This document shows, in pieces, positions 37,101 through 51,992 of a stretch of DNA of 64,000 nt (its first letter is position 1; every line of letters starts with the position of its first letter). The position numbers and the translations under genes were made by a program. Source of the DNA: Owenia fusiformis (Eukaryota). The notes beneath the pieces are model-generated. The model worked only from the letters and a program-made list of their open reading frames with translations. It was not told the origin of the DNA and ran no database searches. Location: the NCBI GenBank assembly GCA_903813345.2, contig CAIIXF020000001.1:5952001-6016000 (forward strand). The letters run 5' to 3'.

Positions 37101-40100
37101 CTTAATTTAATTCGCTTTAATGAACATTTAATAGATACAAAGACAGATACGAAAAAAAATTAATGTCAGCATCACTGTCATTTGTAACGGTTTGAAATTG
37201 ACATTGTTCTTTTAATATGAAAGTGTTGATGACATGTATGCCATAGGGGATAAAACACTTAACATTATACAAATTACAATTCACTTTTCTGCCTTTATGG
37301 CACATATCTTGTAATTTCCATTTTTGCATCTGTAGCAGTTATCTCGAGCCAAGAGATGGTCATCTCACATGAATGCTATCTGTACAAAAATTTCCTACTT
37401 GATCATGACTTCTCTACAAGACTAGACATAGACTGACTTTAAATGCAATGACCACTATCTATTACTCCATGATTTATTCCTACTTAAGCTATTGTAACCT
37501 TTTATGGAGAAATGCCATAAAAACTCTTATTCAAAAATTGTTTGTTCTGGAAAAGAAATTCTTAAGAGCTATCACTTATTCTGATCGTCTAGCTCCTTCA
37601 GGACCTCTCTTTTCAAAACTGAAAATATTGAATATATTTGACATCAATAAACTACAAACCGCTAGCTTTGTTCAGAAAACTGTTTCAGAATCACCAGAAT
37701 TTCCTTTTCAAAAGTTCAAACATTTATTTGTTCCAGGAACAGCAATTCATAATCATGACACAAGAATTAATAAGAATTTAACTGTAAAAAAATCCAGAAC
37801 AGAAATTGGAAGAAAATCAAATGAAACAAGGGGCCCATAACTTTACAATACTCTTTCACTTGATCTCAAAAAATCTAAACATATCAAATCATTTGAACGA
37901 AAGTTAAAGTTTGATTTGCTAAGTCATTATTAGATGTTCTTTGAAAAATGCTTTCTTCTCATTACATGTACTCGTATTTTATATTATGATGCATTTCATG
38001 CTTTGTCATTTTTTTGTTTCCATATAACCGGACTGTTAATTTAATAAATGATATATTGTATGTTAAACATGGAACTTATACACCCCTCGGGGTGTCTTTT
38101 CATGTTAATGTAAGATACTGTATCTGAAACATTTGAAATAAAGTGAAGTGAATTGAAATTGAATTACATATGTACAAAATGTCCATGCTGCAATTGAAGG
38201 TGTTGAAGGTGGCTTTGATGTTGATGACAAGAAGTATACAGTAGAAGAGGTGAACTCTATTGTTGTTCTACCAGAATGGACAGTCATACCACTACCTACC
38301 ACAGACATACCAATGATGGTGAGTCATTTGGGTGACCCTGATAAATGCAATCCTCTGATATTGGAACTACTTTTTGTATTATGGTGGAGCTTTTTGAGTA
38401 AATTAAGAGTTCTCCATGCGTGGACCAGTTGTGTGCTTTTATTGCATTAGTCCACTCCGCATGAGGATTAGAGTGTGAATCCAGAGGAAAATTATGGGAC
38501 ATCATTTTTCATGTTACTTTAAGTTTTTTTACATATTTTTATGAATGAGAGTATGCTTATGCGGCAACATGATTTGTAAAAAAATCTAAGTGATTAATGC
38601 TAAATAGACCATTATTTCACAAATGGAATTACACAAATTCAAGAAAATTCCTCCAAAATAGTAAATGTTATTTGAAAATTAGACATGCATTTTTGGGCCA
38701 CCCCTTATCTGTCAAAGATACACCCATAAATACAATTTTAACACATGAGATTCTAGATATTTTTTTATGAAGTCCTATTATTATGAAAAGCTCAGTTAAA
38801 ATCATTATTCTCTTTATGAATAAGCCAATGTAAGTTCTAGTTTTGCATAAATATTTTGTGACTTCAAATCAAATGTAGTCTTCACCATCTTATGCATTCT
38901 GAATTATGCATTGATATTATGATATGTTTTAGGTTTGTAAACATCAAATAATGAATCTATTTAATGTTTTAGGCACAGCTGTCAAGTGCAGCTATTATTG
39001 CAGCTGAGTCTGCAGCTAAGGCTGAAGAGGCTGCAGCCATGGCAGACACTTGGGAGGGAGAAAAGAGGGTCATCTCGAGGTGTGTATAATGAAATATATT
39101 GGTCCCGGAAAGGAGTAACCAGCAAGTATTTTGTAGCTAAATATGTATACACTGAGTTTTCGTGTTTTAAGGAATGGTCTCATGAAGTGTTCATGGTCTG
39201 GTGTAAGATGATGCCACATGTCATCGTTCCATCGTATTACCATTTGCCTTAATAGTCAAAACTTAAGTTTGCTTATAATATACTGTAGATTTGTGGATTC
39301 TTAGCACCAAGTGTTCAATCAGTAGTGACCTTAAGATACATGTTTGACCTTTCAAAGTACTAGTATTTTCTTTGATTCTCTCTTTGTTCCACCTGTCTAG
39401 GCATGCTGCAAACTTGCTTCAACTCGACAATGGTGTTAAGATTCCACCAAAGGGCTGGGTTTGTTCACGTTGTGAGCTGACTACTAATCTATGGGTGAAC
39501 CTGACTGATGGTACCATCTTGTGTGGCAGAAAGTTCTGGGATGGCAGTGGGGGCAATAACCATGCAGTTGAACATTACAACGAGACCAAGTACCCCCTGG
39601 CTGTCAAGTTGGGTACAATCAACCCAGATGGAGCAGGTATATAACATATATATGATTAACCATTTACAACATACTGTAAAACGGGTATTGTTAGCGAGGG
39701 GTAATTGTTAGCGATTGTTAGCGATCGCTATAGAAACTACATGAATACTAGTATTTAACCTTTAGCGTGCTGCCGGCGGACTCGTCCGCCGAGACTAAAA
39801 TGTCTCTCACAACTGCCGGCGGACCCGTACGCCCGATTTCAAACTTTTAAAAACTTTACTTTTTCGCGCCATTCGTATTGTCCAATTAGATTGCCCGATT
39901 TATTCAGTGCCTAACATGACTTCCTGTTGACCTAGAAATGGCGATATTTCTAAAAATAATTCTCAATTCAACAATTTAAACAGTGTTTTAGTCGTTTTTA
40001 GTGAACGAATCGTACAAAATGGTGGACAAATACGATCACAACGAAAATGTGGAGGAAATGGATTACGATTTCGAGCTCTTTAGGCTCTTGGAAGCCGATA

Positions 40101-43100
40101 ACGGTCATCGAAAATAGAAACTAGAATATTTTCTGAATTGAAAAATTGAACATTCGATCGCTGCAAATTCAGATTTGGATTCTGACCAGACGAAGAGGCG
40201 GAGCGGCGGATTTCGGAGGAGTATTCATGGTATATTTATGCCCAGTCGTGTTAATGTACGAAAAAATTCATGAGAACATTTTTTTTCATGAGCCAGGCCA
40301 CTGTATCTTCCCTTTGTGAAAATTTTATCCAGATTCATTCAGTAGTTATTGAGATATTAATTATTTAGTCCAGGCATATCATTTTTTGCACTCTTTGAAA
40401 AATAAGCCAGTTGCGTGGGATATATTTGCTGAAATAAGGCAGCATGGTAAAGGTTAAGGAGCTTTTCATTCAGTGCTCAACTTCCGGTTTGTAATTTGAA
40501 AAAGGTAAATATTTTTAAATCGTATGTTTCTTTCAATATCTGAAGGATAAATAGCCATCCATCAGTGAAATAGTATTAGTAGTAAATATATTGATAAAAG
40601 GTGTTAATTGAACACGGTGCAACAACCAATGATATTGCTTAAATTCTCCCGTACCAAAAGTGAGCAACATGAATGATAAAATTTCTAATGCATTTCGCTA
40701 ATTTGATTTTTTAAAGATTAATCTTCATTTCACTAAAATTTCTCGCGCTAAAACCCCCTAAAATTGAAAAATCGCTAAAATTTCCTGGTGTCAAAATTAC
40801 ACGTTTTACAGTACTCCCCAAAACTTTGAAGATGTTGCATTTCTAGGAAGAGTAGGCATAGATTCATTTAAAATGTTAGTGATGAATCTGTAAGTTCTAG
40901 TTATTATATATTATACCACTCTAAGTCCAATTACAGTTGTATAACATGGGGCTATAACAACGATATACAGTGGAGAGTGGTATATCGTCATCGTATACAA
41001 CTCCTCCGTATACACTCCAGCGTATACCACTGTAGAAGTGCATTCTGGGAACTAATGAATAAAAAAATCATGAAATTGTTCATGATTTCCTGGAATCAAG
41101 TGACGTCATAATTGGTTCGAGATCAACATCAGCATTATTGAGTTGGCTATGGGATATTTTTATGGTTTTTAATTGTTATGATTGTGTTCGAATCAACTGT
41201 AATTGAACTTAGAGTGGCATAATAAGATTATATAATGGTTCATTCTGTATATCGTGCATTTTATACTCTCGTGAGAATATAATATATTCACTCGTTCGCT
41301 ACGCTCACTTGTGAATATATCATATACTCACTCGAGTATAAAAACGATATACAGAAAGAACCATTATATAACCTCATATTATCTAATACTTTGTGTCAAA
41401 TTGTGCAGCCATATTAACATTATTATGGATGAAACACTGATCAAAATAGTTGAAAATCAAGGATTGTCGACCAAATTCACCTGCTTTGAAGGACACCAAT
41501 GAAATGTTTTACTTTTTCTATGCACAAAATGCTATCCATAATCCAAGAAAAAGGGATGGAAAATGTTCAAAAGTAGTAATAAGATGAGAATGTACTTAGT
41601 GCCTCGTTTGCTGAGTAAAACATAAATCAGTTGCACTGTGAGTCTGTGGCTGGCTACATTCATTTAGAATTCCACTTCCCCCATGAGTGATATGCATATA
41701 CCAGTACTGCTGTACTGTGTTCATCTGATCTTTTGAAGTTAAGTCTTTTGTATAAAAGTGGTTCAAACTAGATTTCAAGTTGTGGATCAATCTTACCAAA
41801 TTGAAGATTGTTTGGATTAAATTTTAACCAAAATAAAATGTTCACTTGCAGATGTTTATTCATATGATGAAGATGATATGGTTGAAGATCCAGATCTTAA
41901 AAAACATTTAGCGCACTTTGGAATCAATATTTCTGCAATGCAAAAGGTAACTCTTGCATGAATTGGATATAATTACTTTCTTGCATTCAAAATGATCATA
42001 TAATGCTTTTGTTTCATGATACAGAATTATTTTGAGAAAAATATCTTGAATGTAAATATTATGTACAATGACTTTGATGTTTAAGTGTGTGGCTGCATTA
42101 AGATTAAGAATATCTTATTTTACTGTTTATATTATAGACTGACAAATCTATGGTCGAGCTAGAAATAGATCTGAACCAGCGTATTGGAGAATGGGACGTC
42201 ATTCAAGAATCTGGAAGTAAGCTTAAGCCTCTCTATGGGCCAGGTTTCACTGGGATGAAGAATCTTGGCAATAGCTGTTATATGAACTCAGTCATGCAAG
42301 TCCTCTTCAACATTCCTGATTTCAAAGCTAGGTGTGTACCATACATGATATCGCAATTTTTAATAGCATATCAGTAGATACAGTAGAGATGAGAACAATA
42401 TTACATTCCATAACAAACAGTATATGTGTGAGTATTTTGCTGTCAAGGTCACTGGACAGTCTTTTGCTGCAAATGAAAAAGGATTGTTGGGCTCATGTTG
42501 TGAGCCTATAGAATCACCAACTTGTGCATATGTTCGTCTGTCAAAATTAGCCAAAAATGTTACAACAATTTTACTATGAGGTAATTACTTGAATTTTATT
42601 AGGTCGGTTTTATTTATTCACGATATGTTTGGAAGTTGATCTACTTTTGCAATTTGATCTACTTTTGCAACCTTACCTATATTTTAAAGGTGACCACTAA
42701 AAGCATAGATGGTGACAGTTTTCAAAATGTATACAGCACCATATGACACGATTCATACATTTGGTAAAAATGTCTTTACTGTATATAAACAGTTGTATTT
42801 ATTATCTGTTCTATTATAAGGTATGCTGATCAAGCTGAGGAGTTGTTCAACACTGCACCAAGAGACCCTACTTCAGACTTCAGCCTTCAAATGTAAGTAG
42901 AACAATATCATGAATAAAGCAGGGCATTCTCAAGATCATTTTGGAAATCTATCATGATCCTTAGAAGAGTCCTTATTGCATGGCCATCACACTAAAGTGA
43001 TACATTTTAAAATTGCAAGATGTATTAAATTGAAAAAACTGTTTTGTTTCAATTTTAGAACTGATTTTGCAGTGGTTTATTGGTCTCAGCCTTTGATCAA

Positions 43101-46100
43101 AATCAATGAATATCTGGCTAATTCATTCAGGATTGTATGCCTGCCAGGTGGTTTTCATTGAAATTGTCTCAAGCCAACTCTCAAAGAATACACTGTACTT
43201 TCTTTTGTGTAAACAGGGCGAAGCTTGGCAATGGTTTGCTATCAGGAGATTACTCCAAGGTGCCACAAGATGGAGAGACAACCACAGAGGGCAATGGTGA
43301 TGAGGGCAAAGAGAGAATTGTGGTAAGTGACAATATTAATGCTATGTTTGGCATTCTATTATTGTGTATTGGCACATCACAGATACTAATACATGTTCAT
43401 GGTTTACAATGGATTCCTTTAGTAAAAACAAAAAAAATCAATATTTAATATGGGTCCTTATTTTTATCTTTGTCAGTGAACTCTGTATTAAGAACATCAT
43501 AAGCTTTCATACACAGGGCCAAAACACATGAATCTAATTGAATAACTGCAGTTACTCTCATCACAAATGGCAGACATATCACTAAACTAAGTAATCAATT
43601 CACAATTGTAAACAACTTTTTGAAATGCTCAAGCCTCTCCAAATTCAGGAATTTGAACGAAAACAGTCTCACTCGGAGGAGTGAAGAAACCTAAGTGGAA
43701 CAGTGTGATAAGAATGATTGAATTGTTTTATTATGATTTAAGACGGACACAGGAATTCGACCCCAGATGTTCAAGACATTAGTTGGTCGTGGTCATCCCG
43801 AGTTCTCTACAAAGAGACAACAAGATGCCCAAGAGTACATTCTGCATCTCTTTAGTCTCATAGAGGTAAGAAGCATATCACCAAATATGCTGAAAATCAC
43901 ATTTACAATGCACTACTAGATAATAGTTACAATACACTGTGCTATTAAATACAAGCCTAGGTCTAAGTGACATTTTGGCTTATAGTGTATGTTAATAGGC
44001 AATTTAGTAGCTCTCAATAATTAATGTTGGAAGATACGATATGATGAACTGATGAATAATGAATAGAAGATTCAGAAGTAGTACATATAGACAAAATTCC
44101 TAAATGATTTATCAATAAATATTGCAGATAATTTCCTGATACTTTGTTAATTGAATTTTGATCACTTGTCAGATTTGAGTCTCCAAATGAGATCGGTGTT
44201 AGATTATGTTCATTTTATCAAGATTACCTTTTGGTCAACCATTTATAAACTTTCAATATATCAATTCCTTGCTTCATGTACCATTGTCTAATATGATATA
44301 TTGTGATTGAGAAACATGTAAAGGGTTATTGCCTATTTACATTGCCTGCATTATCAATTGAGGGAGTTGCATTCAACACTTATTCTTCGAATATGTTCAT
44401 TTAAAGGTAAATCTACCCTTGACTCTTTACAGAAACTAAAGAGTGTTCTGTTTTGTTTATATTATGTTATTTTACCCCTCAGTACTGTAAGCATTAATGA
44501 TTTGTGTTTACTGATGTAGAAAGTTGGACTTCCAGTATTGGGGGGGGGCACAATGGCCCAGACCTGTGAATGGTTATAATACTTTTGCCATGTTTTATGC
44601 TTTATCACCTTACATAAATCTTAGCACAGATTTCTTTTTGTTACTATTCAACAAGAAACTGAAGTGATTCTTTTCCTTTTGATTGTCAGAATGCTTACTT
44701 TACTTATGGGATGGTACACATATTTTCACCACCTTGCTTATTATTCCCGCTTATATTATACATAATAAGCTTTGTTTTGTTCCTGATGCCTAAAGGAAAT
44801 CAAGCCTTATCTAAGGAAACTGAAGTTTTTCTGAATTGAGTTATATTCAAACAGTTTTTAATCCAATATATGAATATAGAAATGAAATACTGTGACTAAT
44901 GTTAATAGAAAGCAAGAATTATGGTGCTAAAGGGAAATTAGAAGAATAACGTACCTTATATACCTTTTCTAATACCCTGTCTTAGGTTCATTTAAATGCA
45001 ACATTGTTTGGCTACTGCTACTGCCAGATATGAAGGTTTTAATCACAATCATAATACTTTTTAATGAGTATTAAACATTCTTATTTGTCAACATCTGTTA
45101 TATTAGTGAAAGTGACATTCTGCCTATGGTATACAATCCCATCTCACTGCACACTTAATTTTTGCTTTATGATCAAAGCAATGCAAGGAGCTCCATATTT
45201 GCTTATTGTGGCTTTAAGATGAACTTTCTCCCTATTTCTCCTACTTTAACTGGCTATATTGTAAGAATGTCCCATACCTTTATGTGTCAAGTTTTTGCTT
45301 CATTGAGGGTTGGAATTGGGTAACGCAGGAATAACCTTACAACTATGGAGGGCTCGAATAGGGATGTTTTGCTGTGGAAACAGGGGCTCTACCTGCAAAA
45401 ATGATATTTCAGCTCTATCTATACACACAATCGCTGATACATGTAGATCTATGATACATTCAAATTTTTCAATCATGTTCATGTTTATAATTTGGCTTAC
45501 CCTTTTGAAGCCTTACTTCAATAACTTATTCCTGATAGTATTGTTTATAAGCCATTTACTGTTTACCACCTGCCTTGTCCCAGGTGCCGTGCTTATCTTT
45601 CTGTATGGCAATACAAAAAGACTCAATATATATGCATTACTGCAATCTCTCATATGCATATCATCGGTTTTCCTTGTTCCAGGGTCAGGAACATATGCAT
45701 TTAACCCAACATTATCCAAACTGTTGTTAATGCTAGCAGGTGACGTTCACCCTAATCCAGGGCAACTACACAATAACGAAATTAATGACTTAAGCTTTAT
45801 GTTCTCAAATATCAACAGTATTTTTGCAGATTCTGGTGCACGCTTTGAAGACTTAAAACAACGAGCCTTTGACCTAAAACCTGGGGTAATAGCTTTATGT
45901 GAAGCTGGAAATTTTATTAATAAACCAACAGATTTTGACCTTCGTCTGGGTAACTTTAAACATCCAGTCTTCTCTAATCTTGGTCGAGGACTTGCAATCT
46001 ATGTTCACGATGACGTTCCATCCAAGCCTCTTAGTCCAGACCTGTACATAAAAGATCTTGATATTCTTTTCACAGAATTAACATGTGATCATAAAAGTAT

Positions 46101-49100
46101 TTTGTTTGGGGTCTGCTACAGATCCCCCAGTCAGAATGCAGAGGAAACTCGTGCATATTTTAATAGGCTTAACCGTCAGCTTGACATAATTCAAAATAGC
46201 ACAAAAAAGTTTGACCACATTTTGCTCATGGGAGACTTAAATGCAAAACATCCTAACTGGTATAAAAATGACAAGAACTTAGCAGGAGAATTATTCCTGG
46301 AAACTCTAAATACCAATTGTTTTGACCAAATTGTTGACCAACCAACAAGAATAACAAGTACTTCTAGCACATGCATAGATCATATTTTTACAAATTCTTG
46401 TGAACAAGTCAAATCCTGGTCAGTTATTGATCCAATTGGTAGATCTGATCATGGAACACTTCTTGCTTCTTTAAATCTCTCTAAACCTAGGCATCCTCCT
46501 ATTAGGCGTATAGTCTGGCAATATGACCGTGCAAACCCTGAAGATCTTAACAATGTTATTAGAAATACCGACTGGCAATCTATTTTGAACTCACAAGATA
46601 TTGATACATTAACATCTACCTTTACGGAAACATTATGGTCAGTTTATAAAGACCAAATTCCAAATAACTTTAAGATTACAAAATCAAATGATCAACCATG
46701 GTTCAATGAGAAATTAAGAGTCGAGTCTATCAAAAAACGATCACTTTATAAACGCTATCAAAAGAACTCAAATCCAATTAATGACCAACTTTACAAAACC
46801 CAAGCAGAATTGGTGACAAATCTTATTAAGGAAGCAAAACTGCGGCATGAAAATAAAATTTTTGAATCTGTTGAAAAACTCAATAAAAATGACAAAAACT
46901 TTTGGAAACTAATTACCTGTCTAATTGGAAAAGGCAAAGCACATTCAAACATACCAGCACTATTTAATAGTAATGGTGATCCAATTACATCAAATTTTGA
47001 CAAGGCCACATCATTTTTAAACTTTTTTGTTGAGAAATATAAAAATGACACTCCACTTAATTACGAGCCAATTTTCCCCATGAGAACAAATTCATTCTTG
47101 ATGTCAATACAAACTAATTTTGAAGAGGTCATGAAAATAATTCTAAAACTTGACAGCTCCAAAGCCTGTGGCCCGGATAAAATAACTAATAAAATGCTCT
47201 TAATGACTGCACATACAATATCTCCTCCTTTAGCTGACCTTTTTAACAAGTTACTCAAAAATTGCACTTTCCCGAACTCCTGGAAAATTGGAAATATTTG
47301 CCCCATTCACAAAAAAAATAATAAATCAGAAATATCGAACTATCGACCCATTACACTATTGAGCTGTCTGTCAAAAATTTTTGAAACTATTGTCGCTGAC
47401 AGAATTAAAAACCACTTGATTTCAAATGACCTTTTGTTTAAATTTCAATCAGGGTTTCTGCCAGGGCACAGTACTCAGGCGCAGCTAGTCGCCATTGAAC
47501 ATCTTATACAAACTAATTTGGATAAAGGAAAGGGAATAAAAGCCCTATTTCTAGACATCGCGTCAGCCTTTGACTGTGTGCCACATAGACTTTTACTCTT
47601 AAAAACAAAATCATATGGTATAGGTGGCCAAGTTCTCAAAATGTTGAAGTCATATCTAAATGATCGCAGAGTTAGGGTCACAATAGCAGGCACTTCCTCA
47701 CATTTATCTGAACCAAATGCTTTAAAAAAGCGGTGTCCCACAGGGGTCAATATTAGGCCCCTTGCTTTTCCTTTTATTTATAAATGATCTACCGGATGAC
47801 CTTGACACAGACTGTTTCATCTATGCTGATGATACCTCAGTATATTTTCCATTTAGTACTCAAAATCCAAAAGAAATTGACGATAAAGTAAATGAATCTA
47901 TAAGAAAAATTATACTTTGGTCTGAAAAATGGAAACTTAGTTTTAAACCCGAGAAAACGAAAGAAATAATATTCCATAAGTCAAAAATTCAAGGAAACGG
48001 GCCAATATATTTAGATGGTTAAAAAATCATGCTGTTGACATATGTTTCCTGCAAGAAACATTCAGCGTTAAAAAAGTTGAACAACAATGGAAAAATGAAT
48101 GGAACTCTGAATGCTTCTACAGTCATGGATCAAACCACAGTAAAGGTGTCATGATTCTTTTTAATAAAAAACTTGATTACGAAATTCTTGGTATGGTGAA
48201 AGATGATAATGGTAGACTTTTATTAATAAATATGAAAATAGAAGAAACTGAATATAGTTTGTTAAATTTATATTCCCCAAATGATGTAAAGCAGCAAGTT
48301 GAATTTTATAGGAATGTCAACCAAAAACTCAATCAACATAGTATGGAAAATATCATTATTTGTGGAGACTTAAACTGTGCATTAAGTAACATTGATAAAA
48401 GAGGAGGAAAAGAAGTAACAGATAAAATAAAGGTAATTGAAGAAATTAACATAATAAAACGTTCGCATGATTTGTGTGATATTTGGAGATACCAACACCC
48501 CAATGATAGAAGATTCACGTGGCATAATCCTGGATACACTATCCAATGCCGACTAGATTATATATTTGTCAGCTCACATTTAATAGACTCAAGTACAAGT
48601 GACATTATAACTGCCCCATCCCCAGACCATCTTGCCACAAATTTAGTAATTCAAACTAAAGATTTTAAAAGAAAGGGAAAAGGCTTTTGGAAATTAAACA
48701 CTAGTTTACTAAACGACCCTAAATTTAAGGAAAACATTATATCTGAAGTAAATAGAATAAAAGAGGAATATAACAACATAGATGATGACAGATTGAAATG
48801 GGATATGTATAAAATGAGTATTAAAAATGCATGCATCAAATTTTCTAAACAAATAGCCCAGAATAAGAGGGATGAAGAGAAAAAAGTCTTAATGGAGGCA
48901 AATCTTGCTCAATTAAAGTTTGATAAGGACCCTTCATGCGACAACAAAAATGAACTAAATAAAATTAAATTAAAATTAGATATAATTCAAGATAGAAAAA
49001 CTAAAGGACACATTTTAAGAAGTAAAGCAAGATACTATGAAGAAGGTGAACATTCTACTAAATACTTTTTCAACTTAGAGAAAAAGAATAACATAAACAA

Positions 49101-51951
49101 AGTAATAACAAAATTACAAAATGAAAACAATGAAATAATAACAGAACCTAAAAACATTCTTGAATCAGAGAGATTATTTTACAAAAAGTTATATACCTCA
49201 ACAAAAGCAATAACTAACTCAAAGGAACAACAAGAAAACCCCTTCTTCAATAAAGACAATGTACCTAAAATTAATGAAAACGATAGAGAAAAACTTAATT
49301 CAAAAATAACAGAGGAAGAATGCCACAAAATAGTTAAAAGCTTCAAGAAAAACAAAACACCTGGAATAGACGGATTCCAGGCTGAATTTTATTTAACTTT
49401 CTGGAACCAAATAAAAGATCAACTAATGAAATGTTTTGAAAAAGCCATATTAGAAGGAGAATTATCAATTACACAGAGAAGAGGAATAATAAGCCTTATA
49501 CCAAAAAAATCCAAAAATAGAATGAAATTAGCAAACTGGAGACCTCTTTCATTATTAAATACAGATTATAAGATTTTTACAAAAATATATGCAGAAAGAT
49601 TAAAAGGTATTTTACATAAGATTATTAGTACAGACCAGACAGGATACATAAAAGATAGGTTTATTGGAACTAATGTTCGATTGTTAAATGATTTATTAAA
49701 ATATAGCGACGAAAAGAATGAAAAAGGTCTTTTTCTATTTGTTGATTTCCAAAAAGCATATGATAGCATTGAATGGCATTTTATAGAAGATACAATCAAA
49801 GCATTTGGATTAGGCGACAAATTTTTAAATATTTTTAAAACAATTTATAAAAATAGTGAAAGCTGCCTTTCAAATAACGGTGAACATTCTGAGTTTTTCA
49901 AGTTAGAAAGAGGTGTGCGACAAGGAGATCCTTTATCCGGAATTCTTTTCATTATGGCAATAGAAACACTAAGTATAGCGATCAAAAAGAAAATTGAAGT
50001 GAAAGGAATGACGATCAACAACCAGACAATTAAACTTACACAATATGCTGATGACATGACACTAATACTAAGAGACAAAGATTCAACAAAAGAAGCGCTG
50101 AAATTATTTAGATTATTTGAATATCACTCTGGACTAAAATTAAACAAAGATAAATGTGAAATATTGTGGATAGGAAGAGACAAAGATAAAAATGAAGACA
50201 TAGAAAACATTAGATCAGTTAGAAAATCAACAGCATTAGGTTATTGCTTTTCACACTTACGAATAATATCTGAAGAAGTAAATATAAAACAAAAAATTGA
50301 AAAGATCAAGAGTAAACTGAATATATGGACAGGTAGAAACTTAACAATTCAAGGGAGAATACTATTAGTCAAAAGTATAGGTATCTCCCAAATTATAAAT
50401 ATAGCTTCAGTAACAACAATACCAGATAAATATATACAAGAGATAGACAATATTATATTTAACTTTATATGGAATAATAAACCCCCAAAAATTAAAAGGA
50501 AAACAATAATAGGTTTATATGAGCAAGGAGGCTTACAAATGGCAGAATTTAGGATTATTAACAAAGCAATGAAGACCGCATGGGTTAGAAGATTAAGTAA
50601 CGAAGACACTGATGCTAACTGGAAAATTATACCACACTACCACTTGAATAAATTAGGAGGAAATTATCTATTTGACTGTAGATACAATATAGAGAAGCTA
50701 AAGATAAAAAATGAATTACCTGATTTTTACATTGAGGTTTTGGAAGGATGGTCTAAAATTCAAGAAAATACACTAAATGTACCTGACAACAAAATTGTGA
50801 TACAAGAAGAACAAATATGGAACAACAAAAACATTTTGATTGGTGAAAAATCGTTTTTCTTCCCGAGATGGTACAACAAAAATATTAAACAGATAAAAGA
50901 TATTATAACGGAAGATGGAACATTTCTCACAAAACAAGAAATAGAGAACAAGTACAACATAGACATTCAAGACCTTGATTATAACGGATTACTAACTGCA
51001 GTCCCAACAACATGGAAAAGAGAATTGAAAAATTTTGAAAAAGTGGAAACCACAACAAATAGAGATAATACAATAAAACCAATGAATATAACATGTAAAA
51101 TTGCAAAAAAGATTTTCACAGCAAAAGAGTTTGTTGCCCCTACGGGAATACAACATTTGAAAAATGACTTAACAGATGAAGATATAAAATCAACATTTAT
51201 GCTACCTAGAAAAGTAACAAAAAATGTTAATCTCCAAATTTTCCAATTTAAAATTTTACATAATATACTTGTTTGCCAAAAAACGCTGCATAAAATGGGC
51301 ATAAAAGATTCACCGAAGTGCCCAAATTGTAATCAAATTCAGGACATTAAACACATGTTGGTGGAATGTAAATATGTAAATTGTATTTGGCAAAGTTTTT
51401 CAGAAATAATGGAAAAAGTAGGGTACAAGGCGAGATTGTCGGATAAAGATAAATTATATGGCCACAAACCAAAAGACGATGAGTACGACAATTTTAATTT
51501 TGGCATTATACTTGTCAAGTACTTTATATATAAAAATTTCTTAGGAGAACAACTACTAAATGTACAAAGTATGAAAAATTTCCTGAAACATTATATTGAA
51601 GTTGTCACATACAACAAGGTAGAGAATAAATTAACAGAAATATACGACAGACTTTAAAGGTAAAGGTTAGCTTTTTGTTATTTAGTTTTTGTGTGAATAA
51701 GTATTTGCATGATAGGAATGAATGTCAGTAAGAATGTGAGTAGATGGATGATTTGTTTAGGTAAGTATATTTACAATTATATAAAAACACATTAGGCTAC
51801 ATAATACAAAGCATAACACAACACCAAATCCAAAAATATAGAAACAGTCTTTGCAGCATGACATAACATAAGAAGGGTGTTCATCTTATATATTATCAGA
51901 TCAATATTAGTCAAAATGCATGTTATTAATTGTAAATATAATTATCTAGGA

Positions 51952-51992
<41 letters not shown>

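Noticed and set aside
47720-47732. T-TTA-AAA slippery-like sequence at the frame break in the host LINE RT
   Set aside because: The downstream GVPQGS frame is +1, not -1, and the break is in the middle of RT. A one-base gain in the A6 run (mutation or sequencing error) explains it.
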